Origin: Camelus ferus
Lineage: Eukaryota
Assembly (NCBI RefSeq): GCF_009834535.1
Contig: NC_045707.1
Coordinates: 51,896,001-51,960,000, forward strand
Length of the DNA: 64,000 bases
Direction: 5' to 3'
Part shown: one piece after another, positions 13,480 through 25,766 of the stretch
Layout: each line of letters starts with the position of its first letter
Numbering within the stretch: position 1 is the stretch's first letter
Notes under the pieces: generated by a model
What the model saw: only the letters and a program-made list of their open reading frames with translations
Databases searched by the model: none
Told to the model about the DNA's origin: nothing
Position numbers and translations under genes: made by a program

Positions 13480-14370
13480 ACTGAGACTATGACTTTCATA
13501 GAGGAAATCTAAGAGGATGAGATATTTTGATGAGTTGTTCTAATGATTGGAGTAAGGAGCAGGTTGCTTCTGTGTTGGATTCAACCTGTACTCTCATATT
13601 TTAACAGGCCGAAGACTGTGTAAATGTTTCTTGTGGGACACATATAGTCCATTTGGGAGATAACCAGGATGGGGTTAAGTTCTGCCCAAGTCAAGAGAAT
13701 TGTCTTCATGGAAGACACAGAAATTGTATGCACTGTATTACGGAGAAGCCAAACTTTGGAGAAGAATCAGCAGGGGAAGGAACATCAAGATCAGTCTCAA
13801 GTCAGTGGAGTTTCAGTTGAAGGGCCCAGAAAGTTCACGGGAGTAAAGGAGTCAGCTTTAAATATTTGTCAAGCACAGAATGTTCTGAGCTCTTTTGCGA
13901 AAGTAGCCATCAAATGGGAATATTGTATGTCCTTTACCTTTCTTGTTTTTGCTTTGCTACTGGAAGACTCAGGAACAGCAGCTAGTGAGTGATGTGTCAA
14001 AAGAGGAGGAAATAATAAAGACTCCAACTATTTGCTCTCCTTACAAGACAGAAGACTTGCCTCTAACCTGCACTGGTTAAGGGAAGAAAAGAAAAAAATA
14101 TGCTACTGTTTAATTTAGATTGAAGTGTTGAGTAATATGTTGGAATGCATATAAGATTATTTCTAAATCAAGGCCATATTTTCTGACATAAGTAATTTAG
14201 AGTTTTCTATCACTTAGGAGGATTCTGGAAAATCATGAGATGTGCCCAAGTTTTTATCGAGGGACAGAGGAGGTACCTACGGGATATTTTTTAAGAATGT
14301 GATAGAATAAAAGTAAAGTTTCTGCTGTGATTACATCCCATGGATTTTAATTGTTTGTACACCACTCTTA
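13480..14370 (+). mobile_element. Ancient Gypsy-like LTR (MamGypLTR-type)
   Basis: 'ggttgcttctgtgttggattcaacctgtac...gactgtgtaaatg' and the 3' part 'gatgtgcccaagtttttatcgagggacagagg...aaaagtaaagtttctgctgtgattacatccca' resemble the recalled MamGypLTR1 consensus. It may extend left of the MLT1 (~12300-12438). Confidence 0.5.
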
Positions 14371-15778
14371 GAGGCAGAGATTAGAACTTGAATAATCAGG
14401 CATTCCTTGCTGATTATTACATCATGATGAGATATCTTGTGAAAATAACGTACTAGATGGTGATTTTCAACCTCATCAGGCACTTTCTCTGGAGAAATTT
14501 AAACATGAAATGCAAAAAAGGAAACTCAGTGTGGTGCTAAATGAGACATAAATAAGACAATGCAGAAGTCAAAAAATAGCTGCAGTTACTTGTAAGCAGA
14601 ATCTGTGCAGCAGAGAGAGGAGAGTTGGAGCATTTAACATACCTGGAAACTCTGGAATGGCTGTGTGTCTAGAAAGAATAAGTAGCAAGAGATTACTTTA
14701 AAGTTTTGAATACCTGGTTTCTTTTTGGGACACAGTTGTCATTGTGTTCTGAATAACAGAGAATAATAATCATTGTCAGGAGACCCCCAGGGTATGTTAC
14801 CGAGAAGATTTTTATGTTTCTTTACCATCCTGTGTTGTCTTAATATTAGCTTTCATCTCTAGACATAATCTCCTGAGATGGCTCAGTTTTCTTAAATTTT
14901 ACATACAGAATTTAACCACTTACTTATAACCAACATATAACTGATGTATTTTTGTTGGCTATCAGAAACTTTTTTCTAGTGTCTGTCTTTCTACACACAT
15001 ACCCCTTTTAGCAATGATGATAGCTGCATAATATCAGCATTTCAATAAACCATCATTCAATTAACAGTTTACATTTTGATGAACGTTTAAATTGTTTCCA
15101 ATTCCTTTTCATTTTCAACAACTGTTCATGGATATGTATGTATAAATACTTGTACCTGTCACTTTTTTAATGACATATATCTAAATATTGTATTGCACCA
15201 ACAAAGATTCTCACAGAAATGTGAATCAATTTACACACACTCTGGTAGATTCTTAATCTCTAAGGACCTTTGTTTCTTGGGTCTCCACTGGGTGACACCC
15301 AGTACAAAAATTATATAAATGATATTCTGTAGTCAATGTGATGACATTTTTGGCCTGAAAATTCCAACTGAAGCACTCTTTTGAGAAAATAGACTACATT
15401 TGTATAAAATTTCAGCTAGCTTTCATATTTCATAGTAACATTTAAAATATATATTAATGATTAGCTCACTTTTAACACATGTTTGACAGAAATAATTTTA
15501 AAAGTAATTATACAGAGTCAAGATTTTATACTCCTGGGTAATTTGAATGCAACTTCATTTACTTTTTAGGTAGAGGAACTAAAAATTAGAAACTTTTGAA
15601 AGAATATTCTTAAAAAGTATGGTGAGTTGAAGGAGTGTTATATATACACACAACTGTGCAAGAAATAGACTTACAATCCACAAATAAAGTAATAATACAC
15701 ACACACAAAGACAAATCTTTAACTGTACTCTTCAGTGACAAAGACACGTATAGTATTTGCAAGTGGGCATTTTAAATA

Positions 15779-16209
15779 TAGGCACACCTTGGAGATCTTG
15801 TGAGTTCAACTTCACACCACTGCAATAAAGCAAAGACTGAATAAAGCAGGTCACACACATTTTGGGGGTAGTATGCTGTAGTCTATTAAGTGTTCAATAG
15901 TATTATGTCTAAAAAAAGTACATACCTTAAATAAAAATACTTTATTGTTAAAAAAAACCAAAGCAATTACAGTAGTAACATCAGAGATCACTGATCACAT
16001 ATCACCGTAACAAATATAATAATGAAAAGTTTGAAATATTGTCAGAATTACCAAAATGTGACAAAGACATGTAAAGTGAGCAAAGGCCGTTGGAAAAATG
16101 GTGCTGACACGTATGCTCAGTGCAGGGCTGCCGCAAGCTTTGAATTCGTAGAAAACACAGTATCTGTGAAGTGTGATAAAGTGACACACAATAAAATGAG
16201 GTATGCATA
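15779..16209 (-). mobile_element. Tigger1 internal-deletion derivative (TcMar-Tigger MITE)
   Basis: Both TIRs visible ('taggcacacctt' and 'gaggtatgcata'), flanked by TA at 15777-78 and 16210-11. Internal sequence matches Tigger1 ends ('aattaccaaaatgtgac', 'ttggaaaaatggtg', 'cactgcaataaagc'). Confidence 0.9.
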
Positions 16210-18577
16210 TATTAACTCTCTTATAAGTGTTTATTAGCTTTTTATCATAGGAAAACACTTTTAGGTGAGAAAAAAAGATGTTGGAAGACTGATTTGGTAC
16301 ATCTTAAAGGTAGTTATTCATAGAAAAATATATTCCAGTATGAGTTATAGACAAATACACAAATGGATACAGACATATGTATATGACCACCCTAAAGTAA
16401 TCATTTTCCATTTTTAAAAACTTTTTCAGGGAAAGATGTAGGTCACGTACCTTAGAGAAGAGTTTAAAATAACTTATTTAGCTACAGTAAGTTAAGGTTT
16501 AATTGTAATGTCAAGATATCGCCTAAATAGAAACCTCTTGGATTCTTTCTTTACCTAACATAAATATATGACTCCAGCAGTAGGAATTTTATTAGAATAT
16601 CTGGAATAACAGTCTTGAAATATTTTAAATGAACTTAATAAAAAAAAGGTCCACCTATTTTAAAGAAACTATTGTAGTGCATCCCTATTCTACTATAATA
16701 GTTTAAATGATCTCTCTCAGAATGTGTGGGTGAGGGTAACTGAGGAGACTAAATTAAGTCTCCTAGCTTTATAGTTCCTATGAGAGGAGGGATTTTGCTC
16801 TCCTTTTACTAATCTACAGACTAGAGTTTGTTTCTTAAACCTTGCCTTGTGCCTTGGCCTCCTTTTGTGAAGACAGCACTTTGAAGCTATTACCAGTTTT
16901 GGTCTCTGCATGGTATTTGCTCTTAGATTCCCTTTAAGAATCCCCCCATCTCTGTCCTACTTATTGGGGACCTTCTCCATTATAAATATTTCTTCTGGAC
17001 ACTAAAATTTGTATTGATATCTCTTAGTTACTTGTAATCACAGTGTCTGCATTCTGGGCTCTATCTTTATGTATAAACTTTGCCCTGTAACCTGGTAATG
17101 AATTATTAATAAGTATTTGCCTCATGCTCATTAATATATCCAATTTCTAGTTGACCCATTCAGTTGCTTAGCTCTAAGCCTCTGTTTTGATAGTTCGACT
17201 CCTTGGGCTTTGCAGGAAACCTTGTAGGCAAACTCTTACTTGTCATGTTACGTGAGGAAACGTGGCTAGATTGTGAGAATGGAATAGGGAGAGCTGGGGC
17301 ATAGAGATAAGAAAGTGGGAAAACAGTTCCAGTGTTTAAGAAAAAGGAACTAATCCATGCTTCCAGGAAAGTGGGGCCCATTATGAGGGAGTAGAGATGT
17401 GCTTACTTCATGAAGCCGAGAAAGCAGTGTCACCATAGTCTAACCCGCACTGGGGATGAAAGTTGGAGCCCTACCAAGATTTAAAATCAAGGTTTTAAAA
17501 TCTTTATTTAAAATCTACCTTAAACAAGTAGAACAGTGCAGGAGTTTTAGTAACAGTGCCTCAGAGGGAGGAGGATGGGAAAGGTGGACAGTGGGATTTT
17601 GACTTAGAGATTCCCATCGTAAGTGGGAACTATCAGTAAGGCTGATAGAAGAGTGTCCTGATGACTTTCCTGACTATAAATAGTGCCAGCACTGGAATGG
17701 TCAGAGCATCATCTCCATAACCCCAGAGACAGAAGGTACCTGGGAACATGGAAGAGAGAGCAGCTTGTAAAACGTCCAGGTGATTTTCATCCTCTAAATG
17801 ACAATTTTGTTGGATTTATAGTTCCTAAATTTTTAAAGGTGGATGATAATCTAGAAAAATCTGGAGAAATACATTTTTGATTTGTTTTGTTACCAAATTA
17901 CACCCCAAACTGAAGCCCTAGAAGCATTTGCTGCAAATCACAAACTCTGTGTTCATTCAGCCAATATGTATTAACCACTTTCTAAGTGCCTTACTTTTCT
18001 GTATCATGATAGGAACTAAATACAAAGAGGACTTGGTAAACCAAAATGAGGGGAAGTCTAATAATTTTCTGGCAAATGCAGATTTGATTTGCTTTCAATT
18101 GGTTTCTCTCTTTCAATATAGAATTTTTGCCCAAAAGGTCTAAACACTAGAAAAATACGAAAGACTTAAGAAGGCCTCATTCAGATTCAAACTAGCATTT
18201 CTTTTTATAATGTTAAAATAAGGTTAATATTTAGTAAACTTAAGCTAACTTCTTTTTTCCTTGTCAAAAAGAGAGAAGAAGTAATATATTTTTTAACAAG
18301 TATATATATAGGCATGGGTCTTAAGAATGAAAACAAAATAAAACATGTTTATATATAATTATGTTATTGGTAGAGAACAAATTAAAAAATACCCTTTCCA
18401 CCAAAAAAGATAGCTAGTCATTGACATTTTAAATTATTTTTAACTCTTTTAACTAAATGAGCTGAGCTTCTGAATCCTCTCCCCTGACTTCCTTGACTAT
18501 TTATTTTATTTTCAATAAAAAAATTGAAATGTGAGGAAGTTTTCAGAGGTACATTCTACAGGAAGAAAAATTATTTT

Positions 18578-18742
18578 GTATTAGGTATTATGAATCAGCT
18601 AGAGATGACTTAAAGTGTATGGGAAAGTGTGTGTAGATTAAATGCAAATGCTGTGCCATTTTGTTAAGGGACTTGAACATCTGTGGACTTTGCTATTTAT
18701 CGGGGCCCTGGGACCACTCTCCTGCAGATACCAAGTAGTCAC
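18578..18742. mobile_element. TcMar-Tigger (Tigger3/MER2-group) terminal fragment
   Basis: 'tattaggtattat...ctagagatgacttaaagtgtatgggaa...agggacttgaacatctgtggactttg...ctgggaccactctcctgcagatacc' is a typical Tigger3-like right end. Confidence 0.7.
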
Positions 18743-21700
18743 TTGATAGCCTACTGGCGTGGGTGTGACCATGTTTAATGAACTTTAGTTCCTAAGTATT
18801 GTATAAACTTTGGCCTTAGTTCTCTCGCCTATTAAATGTAGGCAGCTATATTTTCATTTTCAAGGTACTCGTATAGGGTTGGTCAAAAAAGATGGTGTTG
18901 TTACTATATTAAGTCTGAAGTGTCTTCTTATCCAAAAGATATTTGTGTTTTTAACTAGAATTTTCAATGGCCTAACTCAAATGAATTATCAAATTAAGCA
19001 CCGTGATCAGTCATCTGTTACCATATTTTTGGTCAGAACAATCTCCTCCCCTCCCCAATCTTGAAATTTACATATTCTTGACTTTTCTAAGTATGAGATA
19101 ATCCTCACTGTCACATAGATAGTGAAAAAAGTGACAGCTAAGCTTATTGTCAACTTCATAGGGAATTGATGACTGTACAATAAAATTGTAAAAGTGAAAT
19201 ATTGCTTAGTCTAAAAATACAAGAGTAATTTAATTCAGGGGGTTTTAAATTGTTTAAGAGCTGTCCAATCTCTGCTGGCCTATAATACACACACACCTAC
19301 TCCTTGGAGTGGGGTAATGGTGAGAAACTATAAAAAGTCTAGTATCTGTAAGGTTAAATTAGATTGTGGAAAGCTACAAAATTCTCAAGTGTTTAGGTGA
19401 TACAATTATTCCAGAAACAAATTTGATTGTACTTAATAACATAGAGATTTCTTTATATGGTGTTTTTGCTGTTGGAGATATTATATCCTAGAAAATTTTT
19501 CCAAACTCATCCAAATAAATTATGTTACAAAAGATTTAGTAGTTGTTTAACTTAACTCATAAAAACATAAATAAGTATCAGCTTACTGAGGATAAAATTT
19601 CCATTACCAATAATAACTTTTAATGCATTATGAAATGTAACCCCATAAAAAATGCAGTATAATTACATTTGCTGACATGCTGCAGTTTAATTAGGGTTAA
19701 TTAAATTGAACTATTGGCAATTTTTGCTTATTTGCCTTATCTAAGAAAACACTATGATTTAAAGGTTAATTGCAGAATTTGTAAGATAATAAAGTTGGTT
19801 CTCCATCAACTATTTTTCATGTAAATACAGATGGATAATTTTGCCACTCTGTAAATAAAATGGTGGATTTATTATTTAATATTGTGCATTGAACATAACT
19901 AAAGAGCATGAATAACTTTAAAGACTATAAATATAAAATTTTATTTTAAACTAATATTACTATGTTGGTGTTCCCTTTTAATTCAGAGGGCTAATTCTTC
20001 TTGAAGCTCAGGAGGGTTGTCTTTTCTATGTTTAAGGAGCCATCTTTTGGGGCTGTTCTTTTAGTATCTCTTATCTTACGAGAGCACTTCACTTGCACCT
20101 GTTTTAATTTGGCCCTAGTGTGCTCTCCAACTTGTTGATTTGTTTTATAACTCTTTACCTCACTTTCTGAGATTTCAAACAAAATCCTTAAACTGAATCA
20201 AGCTCATTATATACTATCTTAATTCCTTTATAATACCATTGCTTCTCTAGTGGGGGCCCTTATTCTTCACAAATTCTCAGCTCCACTACTTGCATGTATC
20301 CCCAGCATTTCATCTCTCAACAACATGACCTACCCCTTGTTAAATCCCCTGTTTTTCCAATATTTCAGTAAATAGTGGTCTACTCCAACTACTGGTAGAG
20401 CATAAGGGTGGCAATTGCAGAATAGTTCAGGATATCTGATGTATTTGCTTCTTTGCTTTCTCTTTACTCTTAAGTTATGACTATTTGATCCCATGCAGCT
20501 CCGGCTCAGGCAAATGGTCAGTTACAGATACAAGTTCACAAGATCAGAGCAGGAATGGAAATCAAGTAGATTTGGCACTCAGACTACTGAAGGTTTAATC
20601 AGTGCTTCTCTTCGGCAAAGCCACAGTGAAACCAAGTGTTTCTATTTGGAGAGACTGAATAAACCACTGCAATGTGAGCTGTCTCTGACCAGACAGGAGA
20701 CTGAGTATTTTCAAGAAGTTCAATTGAATAAAATAGCTAAGGACTTTGGGAATAGAGAATATGCTTCAATGATGATTGGTCTTTTGTTTTTTCTCAAATA
20801 TGAATCATATTCTAGATGTGTATCTTTTTTTTGCAAGGACAGTCAATACATTATATACAGTAACACAGTATATAACTCAAGTTCATTTTCATTTTTTTAG
20901 CTTACAATCATGTGTCCTTCAATAGAAAACTTAGTACTGCCAATATAGATCTAAATGTTACAGTGCAGTTTTCAATATTGATAAGGCAAATATTCATATT
21001 CTTTGCCCTGAGATTTTAACAGTTTTTTTTAATAAATTAAAGTGTTTTGAAAATACATTGAAAAAACTCTCACTGTGAAAAGATAAACAATTCAGTTCAT
21101 ATCTTTTAATGATGTACTTCGCATTTCTAGTATTGTGATATGTTCTAATTTATTATAGTGGTTACTCCTTTACTCTGTGCTCTATAGATATAAAAATACA
21201 ATGAAATAATCAAAACATGTTACAGACACAAAAATTATTTTTAAAACCATTTTTATTAGAATATAGTAGGGTTGTTGAAAATATATCCTTATATAAAGCT
21301 TTCTTATAACACTGAAATAATCTGTTTAATATTTTCACTAATAGTATTTGTATTTTTTCCTTAGCTATTTCATTAGAAGATGTGAATAAATTAACAATGA
21401 AAAGCAAACAATTAGCAGTATTTGAAATGAAGTTTTTTTAAAAATTCATTTCTCCTTAGGAAAGGACATTATGATTTAGAATTTTCTCATGTGACTTAGG
21501 TATCTGAATAATTATCCTAATAAAATTATTTTTGCAATTGAACTAGATACAGAATACTTTTCTATAGGCACATATGTGTGTATGTGCTTCGACAAATTTA
21601 TTTAGAATGATACAAACTGTATGAAAACACGAAGATATTTTGCAACTTGTGTTTAAGTAATGCAAATGTCGAAAATTACCACTTTGCTTTCTAATGTACA

Positions 21701-22599
21701 TAGATATTTTAGTGCAGCTCCCAATTATAAAATGGCATGAAGTGATTAATATTCATCAAAAAGAAGTGGGAAGAGAGGCATCATTTTATTTTCAATTAAT
21801 AGAAAACATGGCACTGTCTATTTTTAGTTGCCTAGCTCTTTATCCATTCCCTTTGGAAGTGAATGGGCTGCCACACTCCATGTCTGCTTTCTTGCTGAAA
21901 GTGCTTGCCTGTGCTGCCAAGCTCGCCTTGCACTTTCTATCTGGCATTGAAGCACTGTCTTTCTCAGCCATGAAAGTCTGTGTTTTGTGATAAAGTACAG
22001 TTATGGGCAGCCTTGCTGACTGACTCTGCTGCAGACAGAACACTTGCTACAATATTCCATTTGAAAACTCTCTTGTGATGTTTGACTTTCTTCTGAAACT
22101 GTACGTGAAAACCTAATGGTTCTCTCTTCAATATTTTAACTAATTTTACCTGTTTAATATGAAGTAGATATTTAATTTTAAATTGAGCAAGGCATTTTTT
22201 GCTGCTGAAGGTAAATATTATGAGGAATAAACCACAATTTATATACCTGATTTAACCCAGCATATATCACTTAAATGTGGGGATTTACAGTTTCCAGGCT
22301 ACTGTGGAGGTAATCTTATTTTGTGATAGATTGATGTATTCATTTCAAAGTTCTACAAGATCTGCACTGATTATGTCAGTCTGTGAGATGGCATAGTGCA
22401 AATCCTTTTAGCATGGGGAATGAATTCTTTGGTTGTATTCTCAACCATTTCTTTAATATGTGTGTAGGTATCACCTTGGAACATCCATTTCTGGTATTTT
22501 GTAGGCACTGTACTACTTCAAATACTTAGAAATGAAGGATAGAACAAGAGAATATTCTGAGTTCAGATGTACATAAAATATCAAAAATACAGGTAGCAA

Positions 22600-22740
22600 G
22601 GGGGAAGGTATAGCTCAATGGTAAAGTGCTGGTTAGCATGCACAAGTTCCCGAGTTCAATTACCAGTACCTCCATTTAAATAAATAAATAAATAAAACCC
22701 TAATTACCTCCTCCCCTACCAAAAAAAAAAAAAAAAAAAA
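22600..22740 (+). mobile_element. Camelid Vic-1-type tRNA-derived SINE
   Basis: tRNA-like head 'gggggaaggtatagctcaatggtaaagtg...gagttcaattaccagtacctcca' with A/B-box-like motifs, then (TAAA)n, 'cctaattacctcc' and poly-A. TSD aaaaatacaggtagcaa (22583-22599) / aaaaatacagggaacaa (22736-22752). Confidence 0.9.
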
Positions 22741-22759
22741 TACAGGGAACAAAAAGAAA

Positions 22760-25715
22760 GAGCAAATTCTTAGTAAACTACTGAGCAGTATTGGAAAAAA
22801 AAAGAATATAATCAAAGGAAATGATTCTGCAGAAGTCCCAAAAGTCCTAGGAATGTGTGTTTTGAGGGATGGATGGAAGTAAGATTTGTGTTTTATTGCT
22901 CATACATATAGAGAAGAAAAGGCCTTGACAAAGAATATGCATCTTATGAGAGAATTAGAAAAGAAATCTTCCACATAACCAGATTTTTCTAAAGGCTATA
23001 ATCTCAAAGAAAGAGTGGATTAGAAATAAAATTCAATCACCAAAGCATATAGATGTCAGGAAGACTTTTATAAGTTGGCCTGGCCTTTGACTAAAACATT
23101 TTAAAAAAAAGAAAAAAAATGAGTCCCCTCATAACAATGACCTACTGTCAGATGGGTTTAAATATTTGAATTATACAACATATTGAGTGTTTGAAAATGC
23201 AGGCTGGAATATTAGTATGAGTGTTCCCTAGGCAGTGATCTACCAAGTGCCTAGCAAAAAAAAAATTAAAATCTAGTTGGGTATTGGAACCATAATCCAA
23301 CATTACATAGCATTTCCATAGATTAAACACAAACTATATCATTTCTAGAATTATGCTCATAATCCAATATTTAAAACCTCATAATTGAAGATTCACCCAT
23401 TAAGCAGGAACGGATATAGCAGGAATAATTGACCGTCATGCATTCAACTAAGAAAATTATCAAATAGAAACTATAACAATCATTTAAAAATTAAGTAATA
23501 ATAACATTGTTATAGTAAGTAAAGTAAACATTTTCCTTTTGGCTAAAAAATCCCAAAATATTTTATAATAATTTGATTGTAAGAGACCATTGCTCCTGAT
23601 GAGATTATCTAGGTTAAAAAAAAATTAAACCAAAGTTTTGTAAGACATTACAGAGCTGCTATGGCATTCAGGAATTAAGGGCCAAAACCTGGAAGGGAAG
23701 ACTCATCGAGGTGAGAACTTTTTCCTTTTGAGTTGAAAAGGTCATCTTCATGCATCTGTTTAGTTGCAGAAGAACCAGTACAGTCAATATAAATTTCACA
23801 GAGCTCAGGATACAGAATTTAGAATTCTGATCTTCAAAGGCAGGAGAGCTCAATATTTAATTTAAAAAAAGAAGCTCAGAGAAATGATCATGATGCTCGG
23901 TAACTATATACTCATTAAGACATGTGCTGATCAAACTGACCAGAGTAGTAGCCCAGAAAGCACAAAAAGAGCCTCAAAGAGCACAAAATGCAGAGACAAT
24001 TTTATTTAGCAGCTCTTTGGAGCTAAACACAAAACAAAATGATTTCAGAATTTTCAAAGGGAGTAACAGACAAGAAAGTATCTCACAGTGTCAAACTGAA
24101 CAGCAGTGTATGGTAAAATATTCAAAGCTTTGCTCATGAGATTGAGAAAATATGAGTGTACCAGCTAAAATTAGTTCCATTAAATATTATATTGAAATCT
24201 CTAGTCAGTAGAATAACTCAAGAAAAAAAGAGTAACGACTGAAACAAATATTAATCTGTCATTGTTATATAAGCCTATCTGATTAGTCCAATAAGGAATA
24301 TAAAAGACTCATAAGCAATATAAGTAAGATTAAGCTCATAAGTAAGATTCCATATTTAGATGATTAACTTAATAAGATAATTAAAAGTCAAGATCAAATA
24401 TAAAAATCAGTAGTTTATTTGAACACTACTATTTAGAAAAACACCAACTCTGTTAACTCTTTTGGAATATATATCTCTCAAATTATGGGCAAGACCTCTA
24501 AGCAGAAAGCCACAAAACATTGAGAAACATTAAAACAGGTATATATCACAACAGATGTGTGCATGTGAAGTGAAAAATGAAATACTGATAGAGTTATGGT
24601 AATTAATGCAGTTGGCTTATGCAAGTGTAGCTAAGTAGAACAGTGAAAGAGAAGAGAGCAGGGGTTTCCAAACTTTATTATACATCAGAATTACCTGGAG
24701 GGTGATTCAGTAGAATTAGAGAAGATCCTGTTTTTCTGTGGGCACCACAGTCTGACAAGCACTGTAAAGGAGAGAGTCCAGAAATAGGCCCATATTAATA
24801 TGTACTGGACTTATGACAAAGGTGACATTCAAGAACTATCATTTCAATAAATTTCACTCAGTTAACTATATATTCATTTGGAAAAAAATGACACACTCAG
24901 TAATGAAACTGGCCAAGAAACACACACAGACACTTCATAAGAGAGGATAGCCAAGTGACCTTTGTAAACAAATGAAAAGTTGCTGAACTTCATTATCAGG
25001 GAAATGCAAATACAACCATGAAATACCACTACTCACCTAAAAAAAAAAAATTGTACAGAATGATAAAGACTGATAATGGTGAGTTTGCGTATAAATCTAT
25101 ACCTAGACGCAAGAAAGTGAGACTGAAGAATAAAGTCATCCTTAAAGATTGTAAAAGCCTCCAGATAGAATGAAGAAGAAAAAAAAAATTAACTTGATAG
25201 CAAACATTTATACAGGGACAGTAACAATGTATTTTAAAAGGATGAGAGAAAGTAAAAGTCAGCCTAAAATGTATTCCTATCTGAACTATCATTCAGGATT
25301 GAAACAAATATATTCCTAAACAGTAACTGCTAAAATTAAAATAATAGTAAGGATAATAATAAATTTCAAAAAAAGATAATTTAAAATGAGTGAAATATAA
25401 AAAGAAATGTGTATGCATAGAAACAAGTAAATGTGTGAGTGTGAGCAGAGGTGCAAAGTATAAAGCAAAATTAGTAGATACTAAGTTGTGATCTACGGAA
25501 ACAAGGCCAAAACTTAAGAGGGTAAAATCTGCAGACTGAAGAGGCCCATTAGAGTTTTAGGATTCTAAGTTTATTGTATCACATGGGTAGAAGTCTTAAT
25601 TTGTTTTAGATTTTATGTTAAGCATTCACTTAAAAATATTAAGGATAATGATTAAGTAGTAGAATGTATCCAAATCACTATTGTAAAACAAACAGAAGGA
25701 AGTAAAGATACCTAG
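22760..25715 (+). mobile_element. Highly degraded old LINE-1 fragments (patchwork)
   Basis: A-rich, with scattered L1 motifs ('ttcaaaattttcaaaggga'-like, 'ttatgacaaaggtgacatt', 'gaaaagttgctgaacttcattatcagggaaatgcaaat'). Boundaries uncertain. Confidence 0.45.
24658..24766. mobile_element. MER5A-type hAT-Charlie MITE, internally deleted
   Basis: 'caggggtttccaaactttattatacatcagaattacctggagg...ccacagtctgacaagcactg' matches both MER5A ends. Confidence 0.6.
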
Positions 25716-25766
25716 AAATCTCAGTCAAAACACTGTAAGATTGATAGAATCAGTCTCAGTCAAGCC

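Noticed and set aside
13669..13992. 107-aa ORF
   Set aside because: Lies inside the putative Gypsy-like LTR and has no recognisable domain.
15570..15621. AG...GTGAGT-bounded 52-nt segment
   Set aside because: Stops in all three frames and no other support.
22600..22675. tRNA-like sequence (also 29400-29475)
   Set aside because: SINE head followed by a SINE body, A-tail and TSD; not a tRNA gene.
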